A stretch of 56,995 nucleotides of DNA from an uncultured Acidimicrobiia bacterium (GTDB lineage: Bacteria; Actinomycetota; Acidimicrobiia; Spongiisociales; JAOTWH01). Below, in pieces: positions 45,843 to 55,409 of this stretch. The notes beneath the pieces were generated by a model, which worked only from the letters and a program-made list of their open reading frames with translations, was not told the origin of the DNA and searched no databases. The DNA lies in the NCBI GenBank assembly GCA_964347285.1, contig CAYFYE010000005.1, forward strand, positions 1 to 56,995, written 5' to 3'. Numbering within the stretch: the stretch's first letter is position 1; each line of letters opens with the position of its first letter. A program made the position numbers and the translations under genes.

Positions 45843-47897
45843 TCAGAAGGCCGAAGCGAAGATCAGGCTCACGATCGTCATCACCTTGATGACGATGTTC
45901 ATCGCCGGACCGGCGGTGTCCTTGAAGGGATCGCCGATCGTATCGCCCACGACCGCCGCCTTGTGGGCATCCGACCCCTTTCCACCGAACGCGCCGGCCT
46001 CGATGAACTTCTTGGCGTTGTCCCAGGCTCCGCCGGCGTTGGCCATGTAGATGGCCAACAAGAAGCCACTCACCAGCGCCCCGGCCAGGAAGCCTCCGAG
46101 AGCCTCCACACTGATGAATCCGATGATCAGCGGCAACGCCACGGCCAGCGCCCCCGGCAGCAACATTTCGCGCAGCGCCGCCGCGGTCGAGATGTCAACG
46201 CAGCGGGCGTATTCGGCTCGGGCCCCCTCGGCTCCCTCGCGGAGTCCCGGGATCTCACGAAACTGCCGGCGGACCTCCTCGATCATCTGGTTGGCGGCCC
46301 GGCCGACGGCCTTGATGGTGAGAGCGGCGAACAGGAACGGGAACATGGCCCCCAGGAACAGGCCGACGGTGGTCTCCACTTCGACGATGTCGATGACCCG
46401 GAGGCCGACCGCCTCCCGGAAGCTGAAGAACAGAGCGAGAGCGGTGACCGCCGCCGATCCGATGGCAAAGCCCTTGGCAACGGCCGCGGTCGTGTTGCCG
46501 AGGGCGTCGAGAGCGTCCGTGGCCTGGCGGACCTCGGAAGGCAGGTGAGACATCTCGGCGATCCCGCCGGCGTTGTCGGCGATGGGGCCGTAAGCATCCA
46601 CCGACACCGTGATGCCCAAAGTGCTCAGCACGCCGATGGCCGCTATGGCGATGCCGTAGATGCCCCCGCGGCTGAAGGCGAGCTCACCCGCCCAATACGA
46701 CCCGGCGATGCCCGCCGCCACCACCATCACCGAAAAGGCCGCCGAACGCATGCCGTCGGCGATGCCGGCCAGCGCCACCGTGGCCGGGCCGGTCTGGGCC
46801 TGCCGAGCGATCTCCTTGACGGTCTTGAAGTGGTCGCTCGTGAACCACTCTGAGATCTGGCCGATCACCATTCCGACGATGAGGCCGACGACCACGGCGA
46901 CGAAGAGTCCCCACCAGTTGTCGACCCCATCGATGTCGGCAAACAGGGCGAAGGTTACGATCAGCGTCCCGATGACGGTGAGGACGGCGGCGCCGTAGGT
47001 ACCCCGGTGCAGGGCGGCCGCCAGGCTGCCTCCCCCGGGCCGTACCAGGAACGAACCGACGATCGACGCCCCCATGCCGATCGCGGCGATGGCGAGCGGA
47101 AACACGAGGGCCTCGGTGAAGAAGTCGCGTCCGGCGAACACGAAGGCGGCATAGGCGATCGGGGCCACCATCGAGCCGACGTAGCTTTCGAACAGGTCGG
47201 CTCCCATGCCGGCTACGTCGCCGACGTTGTCTCCGACGTTGTCGGCTACGACTGCCGGGTTGCGAGGGTCGTCTTCCGGAATGCCCGCCTCGACCTTGCC
47301 GACCAGGTCGGCCCCGATATCTGCCGCCTTGGTGTAGATGCCGCCTCCGACGCGGGCAAACAGGGCGATTGAGGATCCCCCGAGCCCCACCGCAGCCAGG
47401 ACGCTGGGGAAATCCTCCCCGACGTCGACCACCTTGTCGAAGAGCAGGAAGGCGAGGGCCAGGCCCGCCAAGCCCAGGCCGGCCACCGTGAATCCCATCA
47501 CCGCCCCGCCCCGGAACGCCAGCGGGAGCGCTTCACGAATGCCTCCCCGGCGGGCCGCTTCCGTGGTGCGTGAGTTGGCGGCCGTCGCCACCCGCATCCC
47601 GATGAACCCGGCCATGCCCGAGAGCGAGGCCCCGAAGACGTAGGCGAGGGCCCCCCAGGGGCGCCCATAATCGAGGAGCGAGAAGATCAGCACGGCCATG
47701 ATCACCACGAACCCGGCTACCCAGGCGTATTCCCTGCGGATAAAGGCCATCGCCCCTTCTCGGATGGCGGCTCCGATCTCGACCATCCGGCCCGATCCGG
47801 GCGGCGCGGCTACGACCTGGCGTCCAAACAGGGTCGCCAGCACCAAACCGGCAGAGCCGGCCGCGACGGCGAGATACAACCAGAAGTCAGTGCCCAA
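45843..47897 (-). CDS. hppA: Membrane-bound pyrophosphatase, K+-dependent, probably Na+-translocating
   Basis: GGGIYTKAADIGADLVGKVE, EDDPRN, DNVGDNVGDVAGMGADLFESY, GNTTAA, GGAWDNAKK, DTIGDPFKDT. Confidence 0.95.
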   Translation of the reverse strand: MGTDFWLYLAVAAGSAGLVLATLFGRQVVAAPPGSGRMVEIGAAIREGAMAFIRREYAWVAGFVVIMAVLIFSLLDYGRPWGALAYVFGASLSGMAGFIGMRVATAANSRTTEAARRGGIREALPLAFRGGAVMGFTVAGLGLAGLALAFLLFDKVVDVGEDFPSVLAAVGLGGSSIALFARVGGGIYTKAADIGADLVGKVEAGIPEDDPRNPAVVADNVGDNVGDVAGMGADLFESYVGSMVAPIAYAAFVFAGRDFFTEALVFPLAIAAIGMGASIVGSFLVRPGGGSLAAALHRGTYGAAVLTVIGTLIVTFALFADIDGVDNWWGLFVAVVVGLIVGMVIGQISEWFTSDHFKTVKEIARQAQTGPATVALAGIADGMRSAAFSVMVVAAGIAGSYWAGELAFSRGGIYGIAIAAIGVLSTLGITVSVDAYGPIADNAGGIAEMSHLPSEVRQATDALDALGNTTAAVAKGFAIGSAAVTALALFFSFREAVGLRVIDIVEVETTVGLFLGAMFPFLFAALTIKAVGRAANQMIEEVRRQFREIPGLREGAEGARAEYARCVDISTAAALREMLLPGALAVALPLIIGFISVEALGGFLAGALVSGFLLAIYMANAGGAWDNAKKFIEAGAFGGKGSDAHKAAVVGDTIGDPFKDTAGPAMNIVIKVMTIVSLIFASAF

Positions 47898-47957
47898 TGA
47901 GATACTCTCCGGGGAGAGGCGGCCGGAGTATAGGCGGGGGTGTGGGGCCTCCTTCGG

Positions 47958-49406
47958 CTAGCGGCGCCACAGCTCCCGGGTGACCAGCAGGACCACCGGG
48001 AAGATCTCGAGCCGGCCCACGATCATCAGCACCGCCAGCAGCCATTTTCCCAACGCGGGAACGGCCAGATAGGTCTCGGTCGGTCCGACCACGCCGAGTC
48101 CCGGGCCGATGTTGCCCAACGCCGAGGCGACGGCAGACGTCGCCGTCACCAGGTCGAGACCGGCGCCCAGGCCCGATTCGATGATCCCGAACAGCAGCGT
48201 TCCCGTCATGAAGAGGAACATGTACAAAACGAAGAAGGCCTGAACGCTCTCAACGATCTGTTCGGGAACGGTCTGGCGACCCAGCCGAACGATGAAGACT
48301 CCCCGGGGATGGATGAGGCGCCGCAGATCTGCTCGCGACGCCGACACCAAAACGCCGTGACGGTACATCTTTATCGATCCGGCAGTCGAGCCAGCCATTC
48401 CACCGAGGAACATGAGCCCGACGATGAGGATCTGCAGTGCCGCCGCCCACCGGCCGAAGTCGGCCGTTGCATACCCGGTCGTCGTCACCATAGACATGGC
48501 AGTGAAGACGCTGTCCCGGACGGTATCGGCAACGGGTCCCCCCCAGATGCCGATGAGGATGATCGACACCGCCACCGCCAGGACTCCGGCGTACAGCCGG
48601 AACTCCGGATGGCGGCCGTACTCGCGAGGATCGCGGATTGCTCGGAAATGGAGCGCAAACGACACTCCGGCCAGGAACATGAACACGATGACCACCCACT
48701 GGCTGTACGCCGAGAACCCCCCGAGTGAGGCGCTGGAGGTCGAGAAGCCACCGGTCGACATCGTCGTGAAGGCGTGCGCCACCGACTCGAAGAAGTTCAT
48801 GTCGCCGACGACCAAGAACAGCACCTCGGCCGCAGTGATGACGAGGTAGACGAGCCACAGCCGTTTGGCCGTCTCCCGAAAGCGCGGAGTGAGCCGATCG
48901 GGGTGGGGCCCCGGCGACTCGGCCCTGGCCAGCTGCACTCCGCCGACCCCCAGCAGAGGCAGGATCGCCACCGAAAGCACGATGATCCCCATGCCTCCCA
49001 TCCACTGGGTGAGGGCCCGCCAGAACAGCACCCCGTGTGACAGAGCTTCGGGCTGGGAAACCACCGACGCACCGGTGGTGGTGAATCCGGCGGCCGTCTC
49101 GAAGAAGGCGTTGGTGATCCCATCCAGACCTCCGCTGAAGAGGTAGGGCAGCGTGCCGAAGACAGTCATGGCGAACCACGACAGGCCCACCGCAGCAAAG
49201 CCCTCCCGCACGGTGAGCTCGCCGGGCCGGCCCACACTGCGCCAGGCGAAGGCCCCGACTACGACTGTGAAGAGACCGGCCAGCAGAATGGCGACCGCCT
49301 GGCCCCACTCTCGATAGACGAGCGCCACGCCGCCGGCCGGAACCATTGCCAGACCGACACCGGCCACGACTGCGCCCACGACGTAGATGAGGCGTCGTGC
49401 CGACAT
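47958..49406 (-). CDS. trkH: Trk potassium uptake membrane protein
   Basis: FETAAGFTTTG, QWMGGMG, STGGF, TTTGY, GSTAGSIK, GNIGPG, GRLE. Confidence 0.95.
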   Translation of the reverse strand: MSARRLIYVVGAVVAGVGLAMVPAGGVALVYREWGQAVAILLAGLFTVVVGAFAWRSVGRPGELTVREGFAAVGLSWFAMTVFGTLPYLFSGGLDGITNAFFETAAGFTTTGASVVSQPEALSHGVLFWRALTQWMGGMGIIVLSVAILPLLGVGGVQLARAESPGPHPDRLTPRFRETAKRLWLVYLVITAAEVLFLVVGDMNFFESVAHAFTTMSTGGFSTSSASLGGFSAYSQWVVIVFMFLAGVSFALHFRAIRDPREYGRHPEFRLYAGVLAVAVSIILIGIWGGPVADTVRDSVFTAMSMVTTTGYATADFGRWAAALQILIVGLMFLGGMAGSTAGSIKMYRHGVLVSASRADLRRLIHPRGVFIVRLGRQTVPEQIVESVQAFFVLYMFLFMTGTLLFGIIESGLGAGLDLVTATSAVASALGNIGPGLGVVGPTETYLAVPALGKWLLAVLMIVGRLEIFPVVLLVTRELWRR

Positions 49407-49452
49407 CAGTTGCGGCGGCGCCCCGACCGGTCCGGGTGCCGACCGGGCTCCA

Positions 49453-50781
49453 TCAAGCGAACAGCTTCTCGACGGTCGGAATCGCCTCGGGGAGTGCCAC
49501 GATGATCAACCGATCCCCTGCCTCGACCGTGGTGTCTCCGGTGGGAACGAAGGCTTCCTCGTCGCGGAGCACGCCCCCGATTATCGCCGACTTGGGCAGC
49601 TTGACTTGGGCCAGCGTCTTGCCCACCACCGTCCCCTTGGGGCCCACCTGGAGCTCGATGGCTTCAGCATCGCTGTCCTGGAACGTGGCCACCGAATGGA
49701 TGCGGCCTCGCCGCACGAAGCGCAGAATGGCGCTGGCTGCGGCGAGCCGGCTCGACACCGCCGCGTCGAGCCCGACCCCGGCCATGAGACCGACGAGCTC
49801 CAAGCGATGGAAACGGGCCACGGTCGTCTCGACGCCGAGAGCGTTGGCGATCAGGGCGCTCATGACGTTGACCTCCTCCCATCCGGTGAGCGCCAGAAAG
49901 GCGTCGGCGCTCTCGACCCCTTCGGTCCTCAGCAGCCTGGGATCGGTCGGGTCGCCCTGAACAACGATGATCCGCTCGTTCTCGGCGGCCAGCGACCGGC
50001 ACCGCTCCGCTTCCTGGTCGACGAGGATCGTCTGGATGCCCTCCGCCGAGAGCAACTTGGCGGTGATCTGGGCCAGTCGGGTGGCGCCGACCACCATCAC
50101 CTTCTTGGCGGGATGCTCTTCCAGGCCCAACAGCTCGACGGCCTCGGCGGTGTGGTCTTCCTTGGCCATGATCAGCACGTGATCGCCCGGCCTGACCGCC
50201 GTGTTACCACGCGCGATCTTGGTCTTGCCGTGGCGGATCAGGGCGGCGACGATCCAATCCCAACCGGCGACCTTCTCGCGAAGCTCGGCCAGAGTGATAT
50301 CGGCAACGGGAGCCCCGTGTGGAATGAAGCCGCCGAGGAGTACCAGCCGGCCGTCACCGAACTCGACGACCTCGGAGACGCCCCCTTTCCGGACCAACGT
50401 GAGAAGATCGGCCGCCAGCGCTTCGACCGGGTCGATCACGACGTCGACCCCGAGGGCCTCGAGCCCGGCCCGCAGAGCCGGCTCCTCGACCCGGGCGATC
50501 TTCAACGGCACGCCCAGGCTGGTCCCCGCCTGGCAGGCCAGGACGTTCACGGCGTCCGAACTGGTCACTGCGATGAGCATGTCGGCGTCGGAGACTTTGG
50601 CCTGCTCGAGCACCTCACGACTCGAGCCGTTGCCGGTGATGACCAGAGCATCCACGGCATCTTGGACGTCGGCCGCCCTCTGCGGATCCGACTCGATGAC
50701 GACGATGTCCTGGCCTTCGATCGAAAGACGCTCAGCGAGGTGGGAACCGACCTGGCCCGCTCCGACGATAACGATTCGCAC
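49453..50781 (-). CDS. trkA: Trk potassium uptake NAD-binding subunit (two RCK pairs)
   Basis: IVGAGQVG, AVTSSDAVN, second RCK VVGATR, VPTGDT. Confidence 0.94.
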   Translation of the reverse strand: MRIVIVGAGQVGSHLAERLSIEGQDIVVIESDPQRAADVQDAVDALVITGNGSSREVLEQAKVSDADMLIAVTSSDAVNVLACQAGTSLGVPLKIARVEEPALRAGLEALGVDVVIDPVEALAADLLTLVRKGGVSEVVEFGDGRLVLLGGFIPHGAPVADITLAELREKVAGWDWIVAALIRHGKTKIARGNTAVRPGDHVLIMAKEDHTAEAVELLGLEEHPAKKVMVVGATRLAQITAKLLSAEGIQTILVDQEAERCRSLAAENERIIVVQGDPTDPRLLRTEGVESADAFLALTGWEEVNVMSALIANALGVETTVARFHRLELVGLMAGVGLDAAVSSRLAAASAILRFVRRGRIHSVATFQDSDAEAIELQVGPKGTVVGKTLAQVKLPKSAIIGGVLRDEEAFVPTGDTTVEAGDRLIIVALPEAIPTVEKLFA

Positions 50782-50853
50782 AGCCTGTGCCTCCGGGGTA
50801 TGAGGTCATGTTAGGTATCGGTCGGAGCGAGTCGGCGGTAGAGTATCCTCTCG

Positions 50854-52101
50854 ATGCGCAAGGGCCTCCTCTTCGGAGCTGCCGGTGCCGCCGCTCTCGT
50901 CATCGTGGTCGTTGTGATCATCGCCATGCGGGGAGGAGGTTCCTCGGTAGCCGCCGCCACCACGACGACATCTGCAACCTCCACCACCGAAGCACCGCCC
51001 CCGCCATCGACGACGGTTGCAGAGGCGCTTCAGTTCTCTTTCGAAGGCGAGCTTCCCGAGGTGGAGGCAACGGTCGAGGCCCTCTATCGCTGGCTGGCCG
51101 AGCCTTCGACACCGCCGCCCCCCGACCTCCCCGCTTGGCTGGCAGAGGCCGGTGCCGCCGCCGCGCCCGTCGATCAGCTCAGGGTCGAAGCCCAAACCCA
51201 CTGGGCTCCGCTCAAGTACGGCCAACGGGTGGCCGTGGTGCTGGCCGGCGACGACGCGGTGCTGGTCGCCGACGAGGCCAACGGCTGGCGAATCGTCGGA
51301 GCGAAACTGCCCTCGTTCGGCCTGCCGGCTCTGTACGGCCCGGAGCGGCGGGCCGTGCTCATCATCGGATCGGACGCCCGCTGGCAAGAGGATGCTCTGC
51401 GGGCCCGGGCGGACAGCCTGCACATAGTGACGGCCGTTCCCGCAGAGGGGGCGGGGGCCATCGTCGGCATCCCGCGCGACAGCTGGGTCACGTCGATCAC
51501 CGGGGCCCGATCGAAGGTGAACGGCATACTCTCCGCCCTGGGCCCCGAGGGCCTCACCGATTCGATCAGCCGGCTGAGCGGCGTCGAGTTCGAGGGCTAC
51601 CTCCTCACCGGGTTCCTGGGGTTCGAGGTGATGATGCGCAACTTCGGCCCACTCTCCATCGATCTCCCCAACCCGATCCGAGGAGGCCTCTCCGGATTCC
51701 CCGACTTCCCGGCCGGACCCCAGGACATCGTCGCCGAGGATCTCCTGCTGCTGGCCCGGATCCGCAAGACCCTTCCCAACGGCGACTTCGGTCGCTCCGC
51801 CAACCACGGCCTGATCATGCAGGCCGGGCTCTCGATGGTCCAGCAACGGGGAATGGCCGACCTGCCCAACCTCATTGCGATCCTGGAGGACTCCACCAAC
51901 ACCGACCTCTCGGCCGGGGCGCTGCTGTCGCTCGGCGCCACCGCCTTCGAGATCGATCCGGGCCGGGTGGCCAACACCGTGATCCCCGGCCGGGTCGGCA
52001 CCGTCGGCGCCGCCAGCGTGGTGTTCATCGGCGGAGGCGCCGACGCCGTTTTCGCCGACGTGGCCGACGACAGCCTCTTGAACGCTCAACCGGAAGGCTG
52101 A
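50854..52101 (+). CDS. LytR-CpsA-Psr (LCP) family cell-wall attachment protein
   Basis: N-terminal TM and Thr-rich linker; LIIGSDAR, RADSL, IPRDSWV, KVN, ARIRK..GDFGR. Confidence 0.88.
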   Translation: MRKGLLFGAAGAAALVIVVVVIIAMRGGGSSVAAATTTTSATSTTEAPPPPSTTVAEALQFSFEGELPEVEATVEALYRWLAEPSTPPPPDLPAWLAEAGAAAAPVDQLRVEAQTHWAPLKYGQRVAVVLAGDDAVLVADEANGWRIVGAKLPSFGLPALYGPERRAVLIIGSDARWQEDALRARADSLHIVTAVPAEGAGAIVGIPRDSWVTSITGARSKVNGILSALGPEGLTDSISRLSGVEFEGYLLTGFLGFEVMMRNFGPLSIDLPNPIRGGLSGFPDFPAGPQDIVAEDLLLLARIRKTLPNGDFGRSANHGLIMQAGLSMVQQRGMADLPNLIAILEDSTNTDLSAGALLSLGATAFEIDPGRVANTVIPGRVGTVGAASVVFIGGGADAVFADVADDSLLNAQPEG

Positions 52102-52177
52102 TCGGGCCGGGTCCACAGCGCAGCCGATGTCCGGTCCCGCAGCGCCGACGTCAGCCTCCGGCCGTCCTCTCCCTTCT

Positions 52178-52667
52178 CTCATCGGCATGTGGAAGGCATT
52201 CGCCGAGCTGGCGGAGCTGGGCTGGATCGGACAGCGGCGCCCTCGCATCGTGGCGGTGCAGGCCGCCGGCTGTGCCCCCATCGTGCGGGCCTACAACGCC
52301 GGAGAGCGCCACGCCACCCGCTGGGAAGACGGCCACACCATCGCCGGCGGAATCCGGGTGCCCGCCGTCATCGGCGACTTCCTCGTCCTGGACGCGGTCC
52401 GGGAGAGCGGCGGGTACGCCATCGCCGTGAGTGACGACGAGATCGAAGCGGAGCGGCGCCGGGTTGCCCGGGCAAGAAGGCCTCCTCTTGTGCCCGGAAG
52501 GCGCCGCCGCCGTCGCCGCCTACGTCAGGTCTCGCCAAGAGGGACGCATCTCGACCGACGACCGATGCGTCGCCTTCAACTGCGGGTCGGGCTTCAAGTA
52601 CCCGATGCCGCCCGCCGCCGGCCTGCCCGACCACACTCGCTCGATCGACCGGACGACGCTCGGCTGA
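52178..52667 (+). pseudogene. thrC: Threonine synthase C-terminal fragment with a frameshift near 52470
   Basis: LIGMWKAF..VAVQAAGCAPIV..AIAVSDDEI in one frame continues as EGLLLCPEGAA..FNCGSGFKY in another. The N-terminal PLP-lysine region is absent. Confidence 0.85.
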
Positions 52668-52677
52668 CGCCCGATCG

Positions 52678-53190
52678 CTAGCCCCTCGCTCGCCCCTCGC
52701 TGAACGTGTCGGCGAAGCCGAGCGACAGCAGCGGGAGGACCCCGCCGGAGAAGAGGCCCGCCGGCGGGGACACGAACAACAGGAACACGATGTAGACGGC
52801 GGTGATGCCCAGGGCTATCCAACGGTGTTTCCGAGGATGCTCGGGGTGGGCTCGGAGCGCCATGATCCCGCCGGCGCCGTACCCGAGGCTGATGCCGATC
52901 ACGGGAGCGGCCAGGCCGATGGGCAGCGCCACCAACAGGAAGACGCCCATGGCCTTGAGCACCGCGATCGGCGCCTGTGGGTGATTGGACACGAACGCCA
53001 GCAGGATGAAGACGAAGGGGACGAGGCCGAGGCCGAGGGCGGCGCCTCCGGCGCCGACCGGCGACTCCTCCTCCGTCGTGATGAGCGCCGCGGCGAGGGT
53101 CAGGTAGCTGAACAGCAGCGGCACGGTGGCCACACCGATCGCCAACCAGCGGCGGCGGGGAGTCAGCTCGCGCTCGCCGTCGGTCACCAC
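52678..53190 (-). CDS. Hypothetical multi-pass membrane protein
   Basis: Five to six hydrophobic segments; downstream of the sugar permeases in the same orientation. Confidence 0.7.
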   Translation of the reverse strand: MVTDGERELTPRRRWLAIGVATVPLLFSYLTLAAALITTEEESPVGAGGAALGLGLVPFVFILLAFVSNHPQAPIAVLKAMGVFLLVALPIGLAAPVIGISLGYGAGGIMALRAHPEHPRKHRWIALGITAVYIVFLLFVSPPAGLFSGGVLPLLSLGFADTFSEGRARG

Positions 53191-53218
53191 CTCGAGCTCG
53201 CCGGCCGGCAGACGGGCC

Positions 53219-54157
53219 TCAGCCCTTGACCGATCCCGCCGTCAAGCCGCGGACGAAGTAGCGCTGCAAGGCAAAGAAGACCGTCAACGGCAGCACCATG
53301 GTGATGAAGGCCCCGGCCGTCAGCAGGTGCCATGCCTCGCCGCGGGTTCCGTTCAATTCCGCCAGCGCCTGGGTGAGGACGCGGACATCGGGCGTGCCCC
53401 CTAGGAAGACCAGGGCCACGAGGAAGTCATTCCACACCCAGAGGAACTGGAAGATGGCGAAGGAGGCGAGAGCGGGGACCGACAGCGGGACGATCAGGCG
53501 CCAGAAGATGGAGAAGTGGCTGGCACCATCGATCTTGGCCGACTCGACAATCGAGGAGGGCAAGCCGCCGACGTAGTTGCGCAACAGGTAAACGGCCAGG
53601 GGGAGTCCGAACCCGGTGTGCGCCAGCCACACGGCCATGTAGGTGCCGTTGAGGTCGAGGTCGGGGAAGATCTGCACGCTCCCGATGAAGGCGCCGCTGC
53701 TGTACAGGCGCAGGATGGGGATGAGCGCCATCTGCAACGGCACCACCAGGAGCCCGACCACCCCGACGAACAGCCACTGCCGGCCGCGGAACTCCATCCA
53801 GGCGAAGGCGTAGGCGGCGAAGGCGGCGATCGTGATCGGGATCACGGTGGCCGGGATCGTCACCGCCAGGCTGTTCAGGAAGGCGTTGCCGAAGCCCTCT
53901 GCGGACACCACCTCCCGGTAGTTCTCCAACGTCCATTGGCCGATGTCGAAGATCTTGCCGAACACGGTCCACCACCCGGAAGTGGCGACCAGGCCGGAGG
54001 AGCGGAACGAGCTGATCAGCAGCCCCACCGTCGGCACCAGCCACAGCACCACGATGGCGGTGAGCGCCAGCTTGATCTGCCAGTGCTCGAACAGGCCCCG
54101 TACCCGACCCTCGGCGGGGGGAGCCTCTTGTACCTGATCGACGGTGGTGGTGGTCAT
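53219..54157 (-). CDS. Carbohydrate ABC transporter permease (AglG/MalG-like)
   Basis: FLNSL, AAYAFAW, EAA-loop ESAKIDGA, FLWVWNDFL, GLTAGSVKG. Confidence 0.93.
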   Translation of the reverse strand: MTTTTVDQVQEAPPAEGRVRGLFEHWQIKLALTAIVVLWLVPTVGLLISSFRSSGLVATSGWWTVFGKIFDIGQWTLENYREVVSAEGFGNAFLNSLAVTIPATVIPITIAAFAAYAFAWMEFRGRQWLFVGVVGLLVVPLQMALIPILRLYSSGAFIGSVQIFPDLDLNGTYMAVWLAHTGFGLPLAVYLLRNYVGGLPSSIVESAKIDGASHFSIFWRLIVPLSVPALASFAIFQFLWVWNDFLVALVFLGGTPDVRVLTQALAELNGTRGEAWHLLTAGAFITMVLPLTVFFALQRYFVRGLTAGSVKG

Positions 54158-55314
54158 CGGATCTCTTCCTCCGCACGGAACCGCCGCACGTTGAGCAGCA
54201 TGATCGGGATGATCGCCAAGAACAGCACCACCGCGATAGCCGCGCCGCGACCGTCGTTGTCGTTACGGAAGAACCATCGAATCATCCGCTCGGCGATCAC
54301 CTCGGTACCGGTCTCGCCGCCGGTCATCACCCACACAATGTCGAAGATCTTCAGAACGCTGATGACCATCGTCGTGCTCACCACAACGATGGAAGACATG
54401 ATCGAGGGGATGATGACGCGCCAGAAGATCGCCAGCTCCGAGGCCCCATCGATGCGGGCGGCCTCGATGATGTCGTCGGGTACCGCCTTGATGGCCGCCG
54501 ACAAGATGACCATGGCGAAGCCGGTCTGCAGCCAGATCATGATCACCATCAGGAAGAAGTTGTTCCATGGCTCCCACGACAGCCAGGCACGCGGCTCGGC
54601 TCCCACTCCGATCAAGATCCCGTTCAGCAGGCCGATCTGCTCGCCGAACCCCTCGGGCCGGAAGCTGTAGATGAACCGCCACACGATGGAAGCCCCCACG
54701 AAGGAGATGGCCATGGGGAGGAAGATGAGCGACTTGGCGACCGCCTCTCCTCGGCGCAGCCGGTCCGCCATCGTGGCGAAGGCCAGCCCGGTGCCCACCG
54801 AGAACAGGGGCACCACGATGATCCAACCGAGCGTGTTGCGGATCGAGCGCAGCATGCCGTCGTCGGTGAACACGAAGCCATAGTTCTCCAGGCCTACCCA
54901 GGCGTCCTGGTTGGCGTCCTTGAAGCTGATGATGATCGTGTTGATGGCCGGGTAGATGAGATAGACGCTCAGGATGACGAGCGCCGGGCCCACGAACACG
55001 AAGGGGCGCACCTGCTCTCGCAACCTCGCCGGCAGCTGGTCGACGGCGTAGTTCATCCCCCAGAACAGGGCGAACACGCCGCCGACACCTACGACGATGG
55101 CGACGACGACCTGGAGGGTCCGGCTGGCGTCCGTGTCCCGCAGCCAACTGAACGTGATCCACATCGCGGCGAAGGCGATGACCGGGACCGCGAACGAGGC
55201 AACGATCCGGTACAGGATCACGAGGAGGCCGCCGCCGGCCCCGATGTCCTCCTCGGGCCGGCGCGGGCCAGGCTCGGCGGTAACGAGGTCCTGATCCGGC
55301 CCGGTGTCGCTCAC
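54154..55314 (-). CDS. Carbohydrate ABC transporter permease (AglF/MalF-like)
   Basis: VGLENY, FLPMAISFVGA, WLQTGFAMV, EAARIDGA, LKIFDIV. Confidence 0.93.
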   Translation of the reverse strand: MSDTGPDQDLVTAEPGPRRPEEDIGAGGGLLVILYRIVASFAVPVIAFAAMWITFSWLRDTDASRTLQVVVAIVVGVGGVFALFWGMNYAVDQLPARLREQVRPFVFVGPALVILSVYLIYPAINTIIISFKDANQDAWVGLENYGFVFTDDGMLRSIRNTLGWIIVVPLFSVGTGLAFATMADRLRRGEAVAKSLIFLPMAISFVGASIVWRFIYSFRPEGFGEQIGLLNGILIGVGAEPRAWLSWEPWNNFFLMVIMIWLQTGFAMVILSAAIKAVPDDIIEAARIDGASELAIFWRVIIPSIMSSIVVVSTTMVISVLKIFDIVWVMTGGETGTEVIAERMIRWFFRNDNDGRGAAIAVVLFLAIIPIMLLNVRRFRAEEEIR

Positions 55315-55355
55315 TCGCCTTCTCCCATGCCGCTCGCTGCATGCACCCTAGACGA

Positions 55356-55388
55356 AATCGAGCGGCCCCATCCGGGGGCCGCTCGATT
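55356..55388 (-). terminator. 14-bp perfect stem-loop after the substrate-binding gene (partial terminator or mRNA stabiliser)
   Basis: AATCGAGCGGCCCC-ATCCG-GGGGCCGCTCGATT; only a short U tract on the minus strand. Confidence 0.75.
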
Positions 55389-55409
55389 CAGCGATCGAGG
55401 TTCAGCGGC

